Shown here: piece by piece, positions 10,073 to 19,496 of the stretch
How positions within the stretch are numbered: position 1 is the stretch's first letter
Layout: every line of letters begins with the position of its first letter
Assembly: GCA_965223335.1 (NCBI GenBank)
Contig: OZ244991.1
Location: 1,257,856-1,321,855 of the forward strand
Direction of reading: 5' to 3'
From: Thermodesulfobacteriota bacterium
GTDB lineage: Bacteria; Desulfobacterota_D; UBA1144; Nemesobacterales; UBA2774
Length of the DNA stretch: 64,000 bases
The notes under the pieces: generated by a model
Told to the model about the DNA's origin: nothing
Database searches by the model: none
The model's input: only the letters and a program-made list of their open reading frames with translations
Program-made: the position numbers and the translations under genes

Positions 10073-11713
10073 ATGGTTTTGTTTTCAGGTTTGCGGGGAA
10101 TTACAGGTGTAGTATTAGTATTTTTTATCGCAATGGGCACAATTGGCGGGTGCGGGGGATCGGGCTCGAACACAGGCAATAACGGTGCGCCCAAGATAGT
10201 ATTCAGCTTCCAGGATGTTACTTCACTAGCGGGTTTTAACTATTCTCACGGCTATATATCGGGGCAGCCTCAGGGTGAGTTTCAACTAATAGCGGGTGGA
10301 GTGGCAGCGGGGGATTACGATAATGACGGCTGGATAGACCTATATGCCATTCGCGGCGATATTGGGCCGAACCTGTTATTTAGGAACTTGGGCAACGGTA
10401 CATTTGCAGAGGTGGGTGCCAATGCAGGTGTTGATCTAAACGGTATATTGGGCTCGGGACCTTTGTTTTGGGATTATGACGGTGACGGCTACCTGGACCT
10501 TTTTGTAGGCGGGTTAAACAGCAATGCCGTAACACTGTTTCGTAATATTAAAAACGGTAAGTTCGAGGTCGTAGAAAACAATGCGGGGCTGGCGATCACA
10601 AGGGCAATCACCATGTCTGCCGCGTGCGGTGACTATGACAACGATAATGATATCGACCTGTTTGCAGCACACTGGGGTAGCGGGGCTGTCACAGGCGGGA
10701 CTTCATCAGAACACCTATGGATGAACAACGGCAACTCTACTTTTACTGATGTGAGTGTGTCGTCCGGGATTACGGCATCCTACACAGGTTTCATAGACTT
10801 TACATTCACGCCTAATTTTACCGATATTAATAACGACGGGTTCAAAGATATATTGATAGCTTCAGATTTCGGTACAAGTGCGGTATTTACCAATCAGGGT
10901 AACGGGACATTCCAGGACACCACCACAATCGTAATTTCGGATGAAAACGGTATGGGCGGGGCTGTGGGTGATTATGATAACGACGGTGATATGGACTGGT
11001 TTGTATCGAGTATTTTAGACGAGGACGGTGTGTCTGAGGGTAACTGGGGTATTACAGGAAACAGGCTCTATAGAAATGACGGAGGCGCATTTTCGGATGT
11101 TACGGAACAGTCGGGTGTTCGTCACGGGTACTGGGGCTGGGGCAGCTGCTTTGCCGATTTTGATAACGACGGCTACCTGGACATTGCGCACGTAAACGGT
11201 TTCGGGTTCCCACCCGACGGTGGGATTGCCGGCGATTATTTTGCGGACCCGACAAGGTTGTTTATGTCTAACGGAAACGGCACATTCACGGAAAAGGCAT
11301 TTGATCTGGGCTTAATAGAAACTGGGCAGGGCCGCGGGATAGTGTGTTTCGACTACGATAAAGACGGCGACATCGATATGTTTATAGCCAACAATGACCA
11401 GCCGCCCAGTCTGTTTCGTAATAACGGCGGGAACCAAAACAACTATATCAGCATCACTTTAAACGGCATGGCCCCCAACACGCAGGGAATAGGTGCACTG
11501 ATCGAGGTGACTACGGGCGGGACTACTCAGACCCGTGAGGTCCGCTGCGGTAGTAACTTTGTTTCTCAGGACCCGGCATTGGCCCATTTCGGGTTGGGTG
11601 AGAGCATAGGCATAGACACGCTAAAGGTAAATTGGCCCGACGGGCAGACCACGACGTTACAGAATGTAGCACCTAATCAGTATCTGGTAATTGATCACCC
11701 GGGGGTTCTTTGA
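10073..11713 (+). CDS. CRTAC1-like lipoprotein: FG-GAP/VCBS beta-propeller repeats plus C-terminal ASPIC/UnbV domain
   Basis: 546 aa. Signal peptide with lipobox IGGC. Repeated DxDxDGxxD FG-GAP motifs (GDYDNDGWIDLY, WDYDGDGYLDLF, GDYDNDGDMDWF, FDYDKDGDIDMF). C-terminal ...REVRCGSNFVSQDPALAHFGLG... matches ASPIC/UnbV. Confidence 0.75.
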   Translation: MVLFSGLRGITGVVLVFFIAMGTIGGCGGSGSNTGNNGAPKIVFSFQDVTSLAGFNYSHGYISGQPQGEFQLIAGGVAAGDYDNDGWIDLYAIRGDIGPNLLFRNLGNGTFAEVGANAGVDLNGILGSGPLFWDYDGDGYLDLFVGGLNSNAVTLFRNIKNGKFEVVENNAGLAITRAITMSAACGDYDNDNDIDLFAAHWGSGAVTGGTSSEHLWMNNGNSTFTDVSVSSGITASYTGFIDFTFTPNFTDINNDGFKDILIASDFGTSAVFTNQGNGTFQDTTTIVISDENGMGGAVGDYDNDGDMDWFVSSILDEDGVSEGNWGITGNRLYRNDGGAFSDVTEQSGVRHGYWGWGSCFADFDNDGYLDIAHVNGFGFPPDGGIAGDYFADPTRLFMSNGNGTFTEKAFDLGLIETGQGRGIVCFDYDKDGDIDMFIANNDQPPSLFRNNGGNQNNYISITLNGMAPNTQGIGALIEVTTGGTTQTREVRCGSNFVSQDPALAHFGLGESIGIDTLKVNWPDGQTTTLQNVAPNQYLVIDHPGVL

Positions 11714-11751
11714 TGGATACGGTTGGTAAGTAGGCGGGTATCATTTAGTGT

Positions 11752-12582
11752 ATGGATACGATAAGTATTTTGGGTTGCGGCTGGTTGGGGCTGCCTCTTG
11801 CCAAGAGGTTTATTGCCGAGGGTTACCGTGTAAAGGGTTCTACTGCTACTGAGGATAAACTCTCGCTTCTTAAAAACGAAGGCATAGATGCCAGCCATCT
11901 AGTTCTCGACCCGTATCTGAGGGGAGGGGATTTAGAAGGGTTTTTTAATACCGACATCCTTATAGTTAACTTCCCACCAGAGCGCCGCCCGGACATTGTC
12001 GAGTACCACCAAACCCAGATTTTATCATTGATCGATTTTGTAGAAGCTCATAGCAATCTTGATAAAATACTGTATGTAAGCTCGACCTCCGTGTATCCGA
12101 ATGTAAACAGGGAGGTGAGTGAGGATGAGGAACTTGAGCCGGATAAGCTCTCGGGGAAAGCGCTTAGGAATGTAGAGAACATACTGCTTGCCAGCCAAAA
12201 TTTTAAGACCACAGTTATAAGGTTTTCGGGCTTGATCGGTTATGACAGGATGCCCGGGAGGTTTTTGGCAGGCAAAAAGGCAGTTGCTAATGCCGATGCC
12301 CCGGTAAACCTTATTCACCGGGACGACTGCATAAATATAATATCCAGGGTGATCGAAAGAGAAGTTTGGGGCGAGGTGCTAAACGCGAGTTCAGATACAC
12401 ACCCCACAAGACAGGACTTCTATGTAAACGAGGCTAGGAAATTAGGCCTAGAACCGCCCATGTTTACAGATATGGACGAGTTTAAATACAAGATCGTGAA
12501 AAACAATAAATTAAAGACTCTTCTCGACTATAGCTTCATACACCCTGATCCTGCAGTAATTATAGAAGAACAAACCGAATAA
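11752..12582 (+). CDS. NAD(P)-binding Rossmann-fold oxidoreductase, YeeZ-like (SDR/epimerase superfamily)
   Basis: 276 aa. The N-terminal ISILGCGWLGLPLAKRFIAEGYRV nucleotide-binding motif resembles E. coli YeeZ-type proteins. Confidence 0.55.
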   Translation: MDTISILGCGWLGLPLAKRFIAEGYRVKGSTATEDKLSLLKNEGIDASHLVLDPYLRGGDLEGFFNTDILIVNFPPERRPDIVEYHQTQILSLIDFVEAHSNLDKILYVSSTSVYPNVNREVSEDEELEPDKLSGKALRNVENILLASQNFKTTVIRFSGLIGYDRMPGRFLAGKKAVANADAPVNLIHRDDCINIISRVIEREVWGEVLNASSDTHPTRQDFYVNEARKLGLEPPMFTDMDEFKYKIVKNNKLKTLLDYSFIHPDPAVIIEEQTE

Positions 12583-12857
12583 ATTGCTGGTTATACTAGG
12601 GTGGGGGGAATGTAGAAATTGGAAATAATGACTGTTGGGTTATAATTACCTCATAATAGAGAAACCGATATTAAACAACAATAAATCTATTTGTCTAAGG
12701 TCTGCAGGTGACCTTATAGAAAGTATATTTGTGCATACCTCCCGCAATGTTTTGTATCTGCAAATTAAATCTACTAGATGTATCATTATTGATAAATTGC
12801 GCATAGATCATAGTTAAAAACCACCGAAAGGTTAAGGAGGCATACACCATTTCAAAC

Positions 12858-13835
12858 ATGCAGCAACAGACCAGATCGAATACAGAGCCGGTAACAACCA
12901 CAGAGCTTAACTTCGATGACAACGGAGCCGTGAAGCAGCTCTACGGGGAGCATAACGAAAACCTAAAGGAAATGGAGAGCTTCTTTGGGATCGAGATCAA
13001 TTCGAGGGGCGCTAAATTAAACCTGAGAGGGGACGAAAAAGGGGTCCGGTCTGCAGAAAAATTTCTCCAGCAGATCTATGAGCTGATTGAAAAAGGCTAT
13101 GCACTTGACCCCGGTGATATAGAGCTTGCTGCGAGGGTGGTGCTGGACGGGAAAATGGCGCTTGAGGACATATTTCTCGACACAGTGTGTGTGTCTACCA
13201 GAAAGCGCATTATAGCTCCCAAGAGTCTGGCGCAGAAGTTATATATAGACGCTATAAGAAAGAACGATATAGTATTTGGCATAGGGCCTGCGGGTACCGG
13301 TAAGACCTACCTGGCAATGGCCATGGCGGTGTCTTCGTTTATGAACAGGGAGGTTAACCGTATTATTCTTACGCGCCCTGCGGTCGAGGCCGGGGAGAAG
13401 TTGGGTTACCTGCCGGGGGACCTTCAACAGAAGGTGGACCCTTACCTAAGACCCCTACTCGATGCACTCTATGATATGATGGACTATGAAAAGGCTACGC
13501 GTCTAATAGATAAAGGCGGGATAGAGATTGCACCGCTCGCATATATGCGTGGGAGGACCTTGAACGACGCGTTTATAATATTGGATGAGGCACAGAACAC
13601 GACCTCTACGCAGATGAAGATGTTTCTTACCCGGCTTGGGTTCAATTCGAAAACCATTGTGACAGGCGACACAACACAGATCGACCTCGACACCGACAAC
13701 AAATCGGGTCTTTTGGACGCAGAAGGTGTGGTGAACGATATAGAGGGCATTGAGTTTGTCTATTTTTCAAAAAGCGACGTTGTGCGTCACCCTCTTGTCA
13801 GGCATATAATAAGTGCATATGAGAAAGTAGATTAA
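12858..13835 (+). CDS. phoH: PhoH-family ATPase
   Basis: 325 aa. Walker A GPAGTGKTY, Walker B ILDEAQN, and a typical PhoH length. Confidence 0.9.
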   Translation: MQQQTRSNTEPVTTTELNFDDNGAVKQLYGEHNENLKEMESFFGIEINSRGAKLNLRGDEKGVRSAEKFLQQIYELIEKGYALDPGDIELAARVVLDGKMALEDIFLDTVCVSTRKRIIAPKSLAQKLYIDAIRKNDIVFGIGPAGTGKTYLAMAMAVSSFMNREVNRIILTRPAVEAGEKLGYLPGDLQQKVDPYLRPLLDALYDMMDYEKATRLIDKGGIEIAPLAYMRGRTLNDAFIILDEAQNTTSTQMKMFLTRLGFNSKTIVTGDTTQIDLDTDNKSGLLDAEGVVNDIEGIEFVYFSKSDVVRHPLVRHIISAYEKVD

Positions 13836-13877
13836 TTTCGTGCTAACATATAGTAACGGTACTGTTCGGAGGAACGA

Positions 13878-14330
13878 ATGATAAGGATCGCACTCATAAC
13901 ACTGACTTTAATCCCCATGCTATTGATTGTGGGCTGTAATAGAACGTGGCAGGATCCCAACACCTCGCTGCCTGCCCAAAGCGTGAGCATACCGGATCTA
14001 CTTACAAATAAAAACGCTTATGAGAGTGCAGGTGTAATTGTAATTGGGAAAATTTGGGACCTTACCCATGAGACGTTCGAAGTGGGTGAGAATAGGGAGT
14101 TGGTCGATTATACGATTTTTACATTAGCTGATCGCAAGGGTGTAGGTGTGAACGTATATGTGCCGAGCGATGTGCCTCTTGTTGAGGGGAATTACGTTCG
14201 TGTTGTGGGTGTGTACAGGCGTGAATTCGAGACCGAGTATCACAATTTTACAAATAGGATAGAGGCTGTGAGGCTTGAGAACTGGCACCCTGGATTAGGT
14301 TATTGGATACGTGAATATGAGTTCGACTGA
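13878..14330 (+). CDS. hypothetical small lipoprotein
   Basis: 150 aa. Signal peptide with lipobox IVGC (LIVGCNRTW). No recognisable family. Its end converges on purA with an 11-nt gap. Confidence 0.45.
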   Translation: MIRIALITLTLIPMLLIVGCNRTWQDPNTSLPAQSVSIPDLLTNKNAYESAGVIVIGKIWDLTHETFEVGENRELVDYTIFTLADRKGVGVNVYVPSDVPLVEGNYVRVVGVYRREFETEYHNFTNRIEAVRLENWHPGLGYWIREYEFD

Positions 14331-14341
14331 AGTAGGTCCTT

Positions 14342-15631
14342 CTATAGAATATCCCGCATGAAAATGATCTCGTCGCGCGATGGTCCTAGCGAGACCATAG
14401 AGATCGGTGTCTTGGTAACTTCCTCTACCTTTTTTAAATAATCCCTGGCTTGCGAGGGCAGGTCTTCATAAGTGCGTATGTTGGAGATGTCTTTGTCCCA
14501 CCCCTCTAGCTCCTCGTATACGGGGGTTGAGTTTGCGAGTATCTCGTTGCTGGTGGGGAAGTCTGTTAGAGTGTTGCCGTTATGATTGTACGAGACACAA
14601 ATCTTTATGGAATCGAACCCTGAGAGGACGTCTAGTTTTGTAAGTGCAATGTGTGAGACACCGTTTATCATGGCTGCGTAGCGAAACGCTACTGCATCGA
14701 ACCACCCGCAGCGCCGCTGTCTGCCGGTTGTGGCCCCGTACTCCCCCCCAAGCTCCCTAAGTTTTTCGCCAAGCTCGCCCTCGATCTCTGTGGGGAAAGG
14801 GCCCTCTCCCACACGGGTTGTGTAGGCCTTGGCCACACCAAGTATTGTATCAATTTTAGTAGGGCTTACTCCGGTACCAGTGGATGCCCCGCCTGAGCTT
14901 GCACTGGATGATGTAACAAATGGATAGGTGCCAAAATCTATGTCTAGTAACGCCCCCTGGGCACCCTCGAATAGAATGTTCTTGCCCTTGTTAATTACGG
15001 TGTTAAGCAGAGTGGATGAATCGGTTATAAATGGAGAGATTTTCCGTCCGTATTCGATGTACTGATCGTATATCTCTTCTAGGCTTAGGGTGTTGCCACC
15101 TAAGACCTTGGCGATGTATTGGTTTCTGTCCTCTAAGATATCGGGGAGTCTTTCTCTAAGGAGTTTTGGATCGGCTATGTCTGCTACTCGTATCCCTCTG
15201 CGAGCAGCCTTATCTTCGTATACGGGTCCTATCCCTCTGCCTGTGGTCCCGATTTTGCGGTTGCCCCTCTTTTCTTCACGAGCCCGGTCGATCTCACGGT
15301 GATAGGGCATGATTACATGTGCTCTGTCGCTTATCTTTAGATTGCTGCCGTCCACTCGGTACCCGGCGGATTTAAGTGTGTCTATTTCACCAAGCAGTAC
15401 GTTTGGGTCTATAACCACACCGTTTCCTATAACCGATATCTTGCCTTCCCTGAGTATGCCCGAGGGTATGTGGTGGAGGATTATGGTTTGGTCGCCGATA
15501 ACAATTGTGTGGCCGGCGTTGTTACCGCCCTGGTAACGCACTATGGCGTATACGTCTTCGGCGATGAGGTCTACGATGCGTCCTTTGCCCTCATCTCCCC
15601 ACTGAGTCCCGATAACTACTACGTTTGGCAT
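14342..15631 (-). CDS. purA: adenylosuccinate synthetase
   Basis: The conserved N-terminus MPNVVVIGTQWGDEGKGRIVD gives a start at 15631. The ORF-track start at 15682 adds 17 unconserved residues and would overlap hisZ. GDEGKG P-loop, GNNAGHT, and full-length similarity to PurA. Confidence 0.93.
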   Translation of the reverse strand: MPNVVVIGTQWGDEGKGRIVDLIAEDVYAIVRYQGGNNAGHTIVIGDQTIILHHIPSGILREGKISVIGNGVVIDPNVLLGEIDTLKSAGYRVDGSNLKISDRAHVIMPYHREIDRAREEKRGNRKIGTTGRGIGPVYEDKAARRGIRVADIADPKLLRERLPDILEDRNQYIAKVLGGNTLSLEEIYDQYIEYGRKISPFITDSSTLLNTVINKGKNILFEGAQGALLDIDFGTYPFVTSSSASSGGASTGTGVSPTKIDTILGVAKAYTTRVGEGPFPTEIEGELGEKLRELGGEYGATTGRQRRCGWFDAVAFRYAAMINGVSHIALTKLDVLSGFDSIKICVSYNHNGNTLTDFPTSNEILANSTPVYEELEGWDKDISNIRTYEDLPSQARDYLKKVEEVTKTPISMVSLGPSRDEIIFMRDIL

Positions 15632-15633
15632 TC

Positions 15634-16878
15634 TCAGATCCCGCCTTTGAGTAACTCCTCGAGATTGGAAAACTCCTTGCACACCCCTTTTCTGGATTCG
15701 ATTAATTTAAGCCTCCTAGGGGTTTCCAAGAGTATTACACCGTAAAAGTTAGCGGAGTTTTCACTTATTCTATAGTCTATCTGGTCCTGGTCTAAGTTAA
15801 GATCAAGCACTACCTTGAACCCGCTTGAGCGAAGCCACTCGGACAGGCGGATGGCCTCGGGCCTAAGCGCCTTTTTCTTGGGTATAACCACAAAATGTAT
15901 CTGGTTGTTTTCAGTGTGTTTTTGAGTGATATTGAGTATGGGTTCAACATCCACTGCAAACCCTGTGGCAGGGGAATTGTATCCGTAGCGAGACATGAGC
16001 TCGTTGTACCTGCCCCCGGTTATAAGTGGGGTGGCCGTTTTGGGGGAGAGAATGTCGAACGTAACACCCGTGTAGTAGTTAAACCCTCTGAACTCGGCCA
16101 GGTCTATATTGATTTCACACGTGGGGTTGTAGTCTTTAAGTACATTTAGAACGTTTTCAAGTTCCCGAATGTATTTACGGATGGATTTTATTTTTTTGGC
16201 TTCAGCAAGAACCTCAGTGGAACCAAAGAGCTCGGGCATGAGCAAAATCGCTTGTTTTGTACTCTTTGAGAGCTTTGATTTACGTATAGCACTCCTTAGT
16301 GCTTCGTGATCTTTTTTTTTAAGAGCCTCTTCTATCTCGGCTCTACAGTCCCCGGTTTTTTCGAGCAGGTGTCTAAGTATGCCGGTGTGTCCGATATCGA
16401 GAATGATGTTTTTAATGCCCAGTCGGCCGAGCGATTTTACAGCCAGTGCCAAGATCTCGGCGTCAGACTCGGCACTGTCGAGACCCACCAGTTCGCAACC
16501 GACCTGGAAGACCTCCCTTTCCTTACCGCTGCCCTTTTCTTCGTACCTTACTACCCGGCCGTTATAGCAGAGCCTAAGCGGAGTGGAGTGCTCGCTTAGC
16601 TGTGTAGCCACAATCCTGCCGATCTGGGGGGTTATGTCGGGCCTAAGCGCTACTATATCCCCGGTAGAGGGGTCGACGAATTTCATAACCTTGTTGCGGA
16701 GCTCGTCGCCTAGCCCCACATCTATGGTCTCCAAGTACTCAAATAGCGGAGTGATGACTCGTCTGTAACCCCAGCGTGCAAACTCCTCGAGCAAGCCGTC
16801 TTCTATCCTTCTTAACTCCTCGGCTTTTTCGAGTGTAAAGTCCTTAACCCCTTGGGGTAAATTGAGATGACCTGCCAT
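15634..16878 (-). CDS. hisZ: HisRS-like protein, most likely ATP phosphoribosyltransferase regulatory subunit HisZ (alternative: genuine histidyl-tRNA synthetase)
   Basis: 414 aa, class II aaRS fold. N-terminal LPQGVKDF is like the HisZ LPxGxRD start. It retains GGRYNEL (motif 3-like) and a C-terminal anticodon-binding-like domain. It sits between serA and purA with 1-3 nt gaps. A HisS/HisZ profile comparison is needed to tell them apart. Confidence 0.55.
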   Translation of the reverse strand: MAGHLNLPQGVKDFTLEKAEELRRIEDGLLEEFARWGYRRVITPLFEYLETIDVGLGDELRNKVMKFVDPSTGDIVALRPDITPQIGRIVATQLSEHSTPLRLCYNGRVVRYEEKGSGKEREVFQVGCELVGLDSAESDAEILALAVKSLGRLGIKNIILDIGHTGILRHLLEKTGDCRAEIEEALKKKDHEALRSAIRKSKLSKSTKQAILLMPELFGSTEVLAEAKKIKSIRKYIRELENVLNVLKDYNPTCEINIDLAEFRGFNYYTGVTFDILSPKTATPLITGGRYNELMSRYGYNSPATGFAVDVEPILNITQKHTENNQIHFVVIPKKKALRPEAIRLSEWLRSSGFKVVLDLNLDQDQIDYRISENSANFYGVILLETPRRLKLIESRKGVCKEFSNLEELLKGGI

Positions 16879-16879
16879 A

Positions 16880-18478
16880 TTAAAATTTAACCTGTGTTAG
16901 TGAGATTATGTCAGTGAGGTTAGAGATCTTTTCCATTACATCGTCGGGCACCGGTGAATCAACGTTTGTGAACACTATGGCTCTGCCCCCAATAGCCTCA
17001 CGCCCCAAGTGCATTAGCCCTATGTTAACTCCGTTTTCCCCGAGCACCGTACACATTGCTCCGATAAACCCGGGTTGGTCATTGTTTTCGCTCACCAATA
17101 AATAACCTTTCGGCACCACGTCTATCGACATACCGTTAATACCGACGAATCGGGGTTCTTCTTTGCCAAAAATCGAACCGGACACCTGGCTTTCGCCGTC
17201 TGTTGTTTTAACCACAATGGTAATCAGGCTGGTGAAGTCCTTGGTCTTTGAGGATTTGGACTCTATAACCTTAATACCGCGTTCCTTGGCAATTACGGGT
17301 GCATTAACATGGCTTACCACAACGTCCATAATCGGCGATAGAAAGCCCTTTAGTGCAGACACCGTAATAGGAGAGGTGTCGAACTCGGATACCTCGCCGT
17401 CGTACTCGATATGGATCTCTTTTACAGCACTCTTGCAAAGCTGGCCTTGGAGGCTTCCCAGCTTCTCGGCAAGGTTGAGATAGGGTTTCATCTGGTTTAG
17501 TAGTTCTAGGCTTAGCGATGGCATATTGACCGCGTTTCTTACCACCCCGTTTACCAAGAAGTCGACTATTTGCTCTGCAATGGATATGCCGACTTTAAGC
17601 TGTGCCTCTTCGGTGGAAGCCCCAAGGTGCGGGGTATATACAACTCCCGTTTCAACGTTAAAGAGCGGGTTGTCTTTTTCCGGCGGCTCGCTTACATACA
17701 CATCCATTGCCGCGCCGCCGATCTTGCCCTGATCAAGTGCCTGGGCTAGGTCTGCCTCGTTCACAATCCCGCCCCTAGCACAGTTGATTAACAGCACGCC
17801 ATCTTTCATTTTCTCGAACGTGTCTTTATTAATAAGGTCTTTGGTGTCGGAGGTAAGGGGTGTGTGAATTGTTATTACGTCTGATTTCTCGAGCAGTTCA
17901 TCAAGCGTAGCCAGCTCCACTCCCAGGCTCTTAGCTGCCTCTTTGGTTAAAAACGGGTCGTAAGCAATAACCCTCATTTTAAGGCCCATTGCCCTCTCTG
18001 CTACTAATTTGCCGATGTTGCCGAGCCCTATGCAGCCCAGTGTCTTCCCGTATATTTCAACCCCTTTGAATTTCGAGCGCTCCCAGAGACCCGAAGAAAT
18101 AGATGAATGGGCTTGGGGGATTCTGCGAGCGAGCGAGAGCATAAGTGTGATTGTGTGCTCTGCTGTGGTGATGGCGTTTGCCTCGGGGGTATTCATCACA
18201 ACTATACCTTTTTTAGTGGCCGCCTCTACGTCCACATTATCAACGCCTATTCCCGCTCTGCCTATCACTTTAAGGTTCACCCCGGCGTCTATGATCTCCG
18301 AGGTTACCGTTGTGGCACTTCTTACTACGACAGCGTCAAAATCCTTAATAATGTCCAGCAGCTCTTCTTTGGAAATCCCTTTCCTAACGTCGACCTCGAG
18401 CTCTTTGGCTGATTCAAGCACAGCAAGCCCATCTTTTGCCAGACCGTCTGTGATTAGTACTTTCAATTTTTCCTCCAA
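16880..18478 (-). CDS. serA: D-3-phosphoglycerate dehydrogenase (long form with ASB and ACT domains)
   Basis: 532 aa. NAD-binding GCIGLGNIGKLVAERA, a catalytic domain like 2-Hacid_dh, and a C-terminal ACT regulatory domain. Confidence 0.93.
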   Translation of the reverse strand: MEEKLKVLITDGLAKDGLAVLESAKELEVDVRKGISKEELLDIIKDFDAVVVRSATTVTSEIIDAGVNLKVIGRAGIGVDNVDVEAATKKGIVVMNTPEANAITTAEHTITLMLSLARRIPQAHSSISSGLWERSKFKGVEIYGKTLGCIGLGNIGKLVAERAMGLKMRVIAYDPFLTKEAAKSLGVELATLDELLEKSDVITIHTPLTSDTKDLINKDTFEKMKDGVLLINCARGGIVNEADLAQALDQGKIGGAAMDVYVSEPPEKDNPLFNVETGVVYTPHLGASTEEAQLKVGISIAEQIVDFLVNGVVRNAVNMPSLSLELLNQMKPYLNLAEKLGSLQGQLCKSAVKEIHIEYDGEVSEFDTSPITVSALKGFLSPIMDVVVSHVNAPVIAKERGIKVIESKSSKTKDFTSLITIVVKTTDGESQVSGSIFGKEEPRFVGINGMSIDVVPKGYLLVSENNDQPGFIGAMCTVLGENGVNIGLMHLGREAIGGRAIVFTNVDSPVPDDVMEKISNLTDIISLTQVKF

Positions 18479-18673
18479 GAAAGGTAAAAAGGATGTTCGT
18501 AACGGGATAACAATATATGTCAGTCAGTGATTGTTGTCAATTTACTCAGAGTCCTGGTGCCTTAATTCTAATTAAGCTCAGAATTTATGCTGATATGGGA
18601 TTGAAATAATTAGCCTCGAGCCACACCAGGCTAATGGCAGTAAGCTGTCTGATAGGGTAGTCTTTACGGGCCG

Positions 18674-19444
18674 ATGGAAGAAAAAAAGATGGCTTTTTTG
18701 GATCACTTGACGGAGCTTAGGGCTCGGCTGCTTTGGAGTGTGCTGGTTGTGGTGGTGCTCTTTTTGCCGGCTTATTATTTTTCGGAGCAGATCTTCGAGT
18801 TTCTAATGAAGCCTGTGATTGCAAGTCTGCCGGAAGGCAGCTCCCTTATCTTCACCAAACCAGCCGAAGGGTTTATCACCTATATAAAGGTTGCGTTCTT
18901 TGCATCGGTGATTGCGTCGGTGCCTTTCCTGTTGTACCAAGCATGGGCATTTGTGGCCCCTGCGTTGTACAAGCACGAGAGGCAGATAATTGTGCCATTT
19001 ATATTCTTTGGATCGCTCTTTTTTGTTATAGGTGCGGCGTTTTGCTACTACATAGCGGCCCCCCCGGCATTTAAGTTCCTGTTAAACGAGTATTCTTCAG
19101 AGTACGTGAAGGCTTTTCCGTCAATTCGGGAGGCGCTCTCGTTTTTTATGGCTCTTATCTTCGGTTTCGGTCTTGTGTTTGAGTTCCCACTTATTATATT
19201 TGTACTCTCGAGAATGGGACTGGTCAGTAGCAGCTGGCTTAGGACCAAGCGCAAGTATGCAATTCTGTTAGGTGCTGTTGTTGCCGCTATCTTAACACCG
19301 ACCACCGATGCGGTTTCGATGATGCTTATGTTTGTGCCTATTATCGTATTTTACGAACTGGGTATTATAGTGGCTTGGGTTTTCGGGAAAAAGAAAAACA
19401 CAGAGGAAAGTGAACAGCACGAGGAGGCAGAACCTTTTACTTAA
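18674..19444 (+). CDS. tatC: twin-arginine translocase subunit TatC
   Basis: 256 aa. The N-terminal LDHLTELRARLLWS is the TatC signature, and there are six predicted TM segments. No tatA/tatB is adjacent. Confidence 0.9.
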   Translation: MEEKKMAFLDHLTELRARLLWSVLVVVVLFLPAYYFSEQIFEFLMKPVIASLPEGSSLIFTKPAEGFITYIKVAFFASVIASVPFLLYQAWAFVAPALYKHERQIIVPFIFFGSLFFVIGAAFCYYIAAPPAFKFLLNEYSSEYVKAFPSIREALSFFMALIFGFGLVFEFPLIIFVLSRMGLVSSSWLRTKRKYAILLGAVVAAILTPTTDAVSMMLMFVPIIVFYELGIIVAWVFGKKKNTEESEQHEEAEPFT

Positions 19445-19496
19445 ATATGTTTTGAGATCTATATAAAAAAGATAATATGTCGAGAGGAGAGATACC

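Noticed and set aside
16311-16320. T9 homopolymer on the plus strand (A9 on the coding strand, encoding KKK inside hisZ)
   Set aside because: It is in frame, in an intact ORF, in a non-conserved surface segment. There is no evidence of phase variation, so it is recorded only as a potential slippage site.
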